Source of the DNA: Tubulanus polymorphus
Lineage: Eukaryota > Animalia > Nemertea
Assembly: GCF_964204645.1 (NCBI RefSeq)
Contig: NC_134025.1
Span: 17,211,101-17,275,100 of the forward strand
Direction: 5' to 3'
Length of the DNA: 64,000 nucleotides
Shown here: positions 60,149 through 64,000 of the stretch, piece by piece
Position numbering within the stretch: the stretch's first letter is position 1
Layout: every line of letters begins with the position of its first letter
Program-made: the position numbers and the translations under genes
Notes under the pieces: generated by a model
The model's input: the letters and a program-made list of their open reading frames with translations, nothing else
Told to the model about the DNA's origin: nothing
Database searches by the model: none

Positions 60149-60896
60149 ATATATGTACACTTTGATGTGAACGCAGATTATCAATCTATAATTGAAGAAT
60201 GCTAAACTTCAACGAAAAGTCTTGGACATGTACATGTGTGCATCTAGATGACCCCGAAGATTTGGTTGAATATACCTCGACTACTGTTCTTTGCGTACAT
60301 CAGCAGGTGTTTGCGGTGACATCATACTTGGAAAGAGAATGCATTAGCTTTTTGGTTTTCCTTTTTAGCGATAGTAGAGTTGTCGTTGAGCTAATTATGA
60401 ATCATGTGGTACATGTACCTGGTTTTTTGTGGTCGTTTTTTTCATTGGTAGTTGGCCTTAACAATGTATAATTGATGTGATTGAAGACATGCAAAGCCTC
60501 AGTCGATGACATGGTCGGCCAGCCGACCTGTTAACCACAATGAGTTGCAAAATGGTAGCTAGTGATATGTTCTATAATTGTGGTGAGTTTCCAGGTCATT
60601 GTCTTTTAGCATTGGTTGACGTCAATGATATGTAGAATGGATCGAAAGTCATAGTCGAAAAAAGCGCGGACTCCTTTCATTTTCATAGTAACTTCAAATT
60701 GTAACTACGTTCATGTAAACATTAGAAACGGCTGAAAATGACTCAAAATAATGTTTCAATTATTCCCTACAAGATAGCGTCGCCAGATTCCCGATTTAAT
60801 GGTTATTTTATCGCATTTTTTCTCGTAAATAATGTGTAGATGAGAGAGGGTTAAGCACTCGCTCATCTTCGTGGTCCAGCCCAACAACTACATGTA

Positions 60897-61672
60897 CAGT
60901 AGACTCCGCATACCTCGGAGTCATACACCTCGGAATATTGCTTAGCTCAGAACAAATCTAAAATATTTTTCTTAATGCAATTATTTCTCAAATGAAAATC
61001 TCCGAGTAACTCGGAGTTGCATACTTCGGAATATCGCATACCTCAGAATGATTTTTTTATAAGTTGAGTCCTAAAATCGTGTACCTCGGAAATTCTGAAC
61101 ATCGTCCCGACAATATTTTTTTCAAAAACGCATCCCTAGCCTACTGCATAACAACTTGATACAGATTAATCAATACCTGTTCTTGGACGTGAATCAACAT
61201 CTGTACTATGTTACCACGTGTATTGCGATAGATATGCTAATGATCGTAAGAATTGGAAGCGTGCCAGTCGCGCTAGTTCTCGGCTGTCTTTAATACGAAT
61301 AGTCAATTGAATGGATGTAGGCGGAGCTATAGACTTGACACTGCACATCAAACCCACGTGTTTTTAAATTCTCTCAACTGGGAAGGAGGCTTTACTTGGT
61401 GTACTACAGTACGATGTTTTGATATAAAAGATGACAAGTCAAATCTCCCGGGGGGATATGAGGTTTTGATTGAAATAACAATAAAAGCCTGTCAGATATG
61501 GTACATATACGATCTTTATTCAACATAGATTAGTATAAGAAAGATAATTTGAGCCCACGTGTCCACAACGATTTTTTATGACAAAATTTGCGGACCTTAT
61601 GTACCTCGGAAATCGCATACCTCAGAAAAAATTTTCCAGTCCCAAGAATTCCGAGGTAAGCGGAGTCTACTG
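60897..61672. mobile_element. Tigger/pogo-type MITE
   Basis: TA|CAGTAGACTCCGCATACCTCGGA ... TCCGAGGTAAGCGGAGTCTACTG|TA; internal TACCTCGGAA repeats. Confidence 0.88.
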
Positions 61673-61699
61673 TAGTATGTATACTCGTCGATGAGGAGA

Positions 61700-62960
61700 G
61701 GCGAGATTTTCAGCAACTGGTCAGAGTGCTCGACAACCGCTTAGGACACGGTCATCAGGCTGAACTATTTTTGGCTGAAATAAGAAACAGTCGTCGTAAA
61801 CGGAATGAAGGCCTGAGAGAGCTCTCGCAGGTTTTAATCACCTTGGCAACCAACGCTTACCCTGATTTAACTCCGACTCAATGAGACCGATTAACACGAA
61901 ACCATTTTATCGATGCTTTGGATGATAGAGATTTGAGAATGCGCCTTCAACAGAGTCACAGTACATCATTAGACGAGGTCGTGAAATAAGCGGTAGAACT
62001 CGAGGCATTCGAGAAATTAGAAGATGTTCGGGAGAGAAACTTGCATGGCTTCGTAAATCAGGTTAAATCGGAACCCCGCGGAGAAATTAAAGGGTTAAAA
62101 GAACAAGTCTCTCAACTAACCTCAATGGTGAAGCAAGTGTTGACTCAGCAAAGCCCCCAGGAGGGTGCCGGTAGGCGTTTCCCTAATCGCATCGTCTGTT
62201 ACGCCTGCGGAGAGCCTGGCCACATTTCTCGAGAATGTCGCAGATCGAGGCCTCGGGGAAACGAGGGACGGTTGGCTCCTCGAGATTCCGGCCAAATTCG
62301 GAGAAATTCAACGAGCATAATCATACAAGGGAAGATAGGAGAAATCAATGTAGATTATTTGATTGACATGGGAGCTTGCGTCTCCGTTGTAAATAGCAAG
62401 ATTTATAATCAACTACGCCCCGCGATGAAAGATAAATTAGAGATGTCGGATGTTGCATTAAGTACGGCCAATGGCTTAGGTATTGAAGTTGTCAAAGGTC
62501 AGATGGAGATCGACGCTAAGATTTTCGATAAATCGACTCCCTGGAAATTTGTGAATGCTGATATATCAGAAGATGTCATACTCGGCATGGATTTTCTAGA
62601 ATTTTTCTGTACTGTCTTCTAGACTGTAAGATATTCCCCGGACGAAAGAGCTTGATTTTGGGTGATGAGCAACTGTTTTACGGAAGCACTGTAATCTTGA
62701 CGAGAATAATACTCGAGTACGAAGCCGACGGAAGGTTATCCTTCGGCCATTTTCGGAACAGATACATGTAGTTGATGGACTCGTAGATATTCAACACCAT
62801 ACTGGAAAATGGACAATAATAGTCATCGCGACTTACCCATAAACACCAATTTCTCACCGCACGTATAGTCTAGTAGACACAGAAGAAATTTCTGCCAGCA
62901 AGGGTTATGAATCCGACCTCTGAAACGATAACCATTTATAAAGGTTCAACCCTGGGTTCA
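61700..62960 (+). mobile_element. Gypsy LTR-retrotransposon gag-protease remnant
   Basis: AYP...HFIDALDD..LR, zinc knuckle CYACGEPGHISREC, aspartic-protease-like YLIDMGACVS and VILGMDFL; stops present; no RT or LTR seen. Confidence 0.85.
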
Positions 62961-64000
62961 ACCCATCTCAGCACCATCAGTAGGGATTTCAGGTCACGTG
63001 ATCAAAATGTGTCATAATTAGCGTTTTCCACGCTTCAAAATTTCAATCGCTCATAAAAAACGTATTCTATATCCAATTAAAGCCAAACTTGCTCGGTATA
63101 TTCAATTTACCGGTTATTTGTTGTGCTGTAAATTTCATGAGTGTATCCTGCATAGTTATGGAGCAATAAGTCGTAGTTCAGCGCGCGTCGGCTCATTTCT
63201 AGGAAACAAGATGGCGGCCATGTTTTTCATGCATTTTTCAAACACGTGAAAAACGCACGCAATTTTTGGGGTCAAATCCACGAGCCTGCTGCTGATTGGC
63301 TGGATATTTGACCTCAGAATATTTTAAGAACATGTTTCATATAGAGCATGTCGGTGCGTGCAAGTTTTGGTAGGCCCTGTATCACTCGGAAAAAGTCGTA
63401 AACAATTCAAAGTGCTCATACGCTAAAATTAATAATTTTAACAAGTTGCACTCTACTACATTATAAAATAAGATACTTTATACGTGTAAATTGTTTTCAA
63501 TTATTACTTTTAAGATTGATTTAGTAGTCTTTCGCAGATTTTGACCTAAAGTCGGCAAGGCGCTTCAAATTGTTTACATCCGGGTCACTACCGGCTCCAC
63601 ACCGGCTGATCAATCAAAACACTTCCGGGTTCATTTTTACCACTCTAAACGACAATTTAGCAGGTAAAGCACCACTTTCACTCAATAAATTCATACTTTA
63701 TTATGAAATCGGCAATATATTAGACCAATAATGGATAGGCCTACCTAATTTAAAAACTTTGAGTATTTTGCTCAAGAATCTTAAGTTTTGTCTAAATTTT
63801 AGCTCATTTTTTGCTAAAAAGAATTTTTTTTTCTAATCTGCTTCACCTTTAGGTAATAAAGTAGTCATTTTAATATCTCATCTTGAATACTAGGATATCC
63901 TTCTGAAAAGCAGTTGTTATTCATTTGTTCATGGTTTTTCAATTCCAGTTGACCCTTTCGCTAAATAACTGCCGCTGCTAGGCCTATAATACCCACCAAC

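Noticed and set aside
1-64000. Free virus or prokaryotic contig
   Set aside because: The viral genes are decayed and interleaved with spliced eukaryotic transposons, LINEs, MITEs and a host MECR gene.

Overview
Eukaryotic genomic DNA, probably from a bilaterian invertebrate (spliceosomal introns, CR1-like LINE, hAT, pogo and Gypsy elements, a MECR gene). Most of the window is a cluster of decaying, AT-rich Polinton/Maverick-like endogenous viruses. Copy A (1 to ~9.8 kb) has a structural block on + and an HNH-ORF-integrase-ATPase block on -. A 5'-truncated, intein-less pPolB fragment lies on - at 15.1-16.1 kb. Copy B (16.1-31.5 kb) is the most complete: pPolB, zinc-finger gene, minor capsid, small membrane proteins, major capsid, integrase, ATPase and a probable right terminus. 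Copy C (41.4-55.7 kb) is split by nested insertions, including an apparently intact intron-rich pogo transposon. The most notable feature is a ~354-codon LAGLIDADG intein in the YFD/TD motif of copy B's pPolB (17279-18340), with Mimivirus-PolB-intein-like ends, about 2 kb from an intein-free homologous site. Nearly all element genes start in TAAATG and many are bounded by T-tracts, resembling poxvirus-type transcription signals. Together these suggest (inference only) an endogenous virophage-like parasite of a cytoplasmic large DNA virus. The one clear host gene is MECR, with an intronless CDS (~59-60.1 kb). All family assignments are by eye, without database searches.
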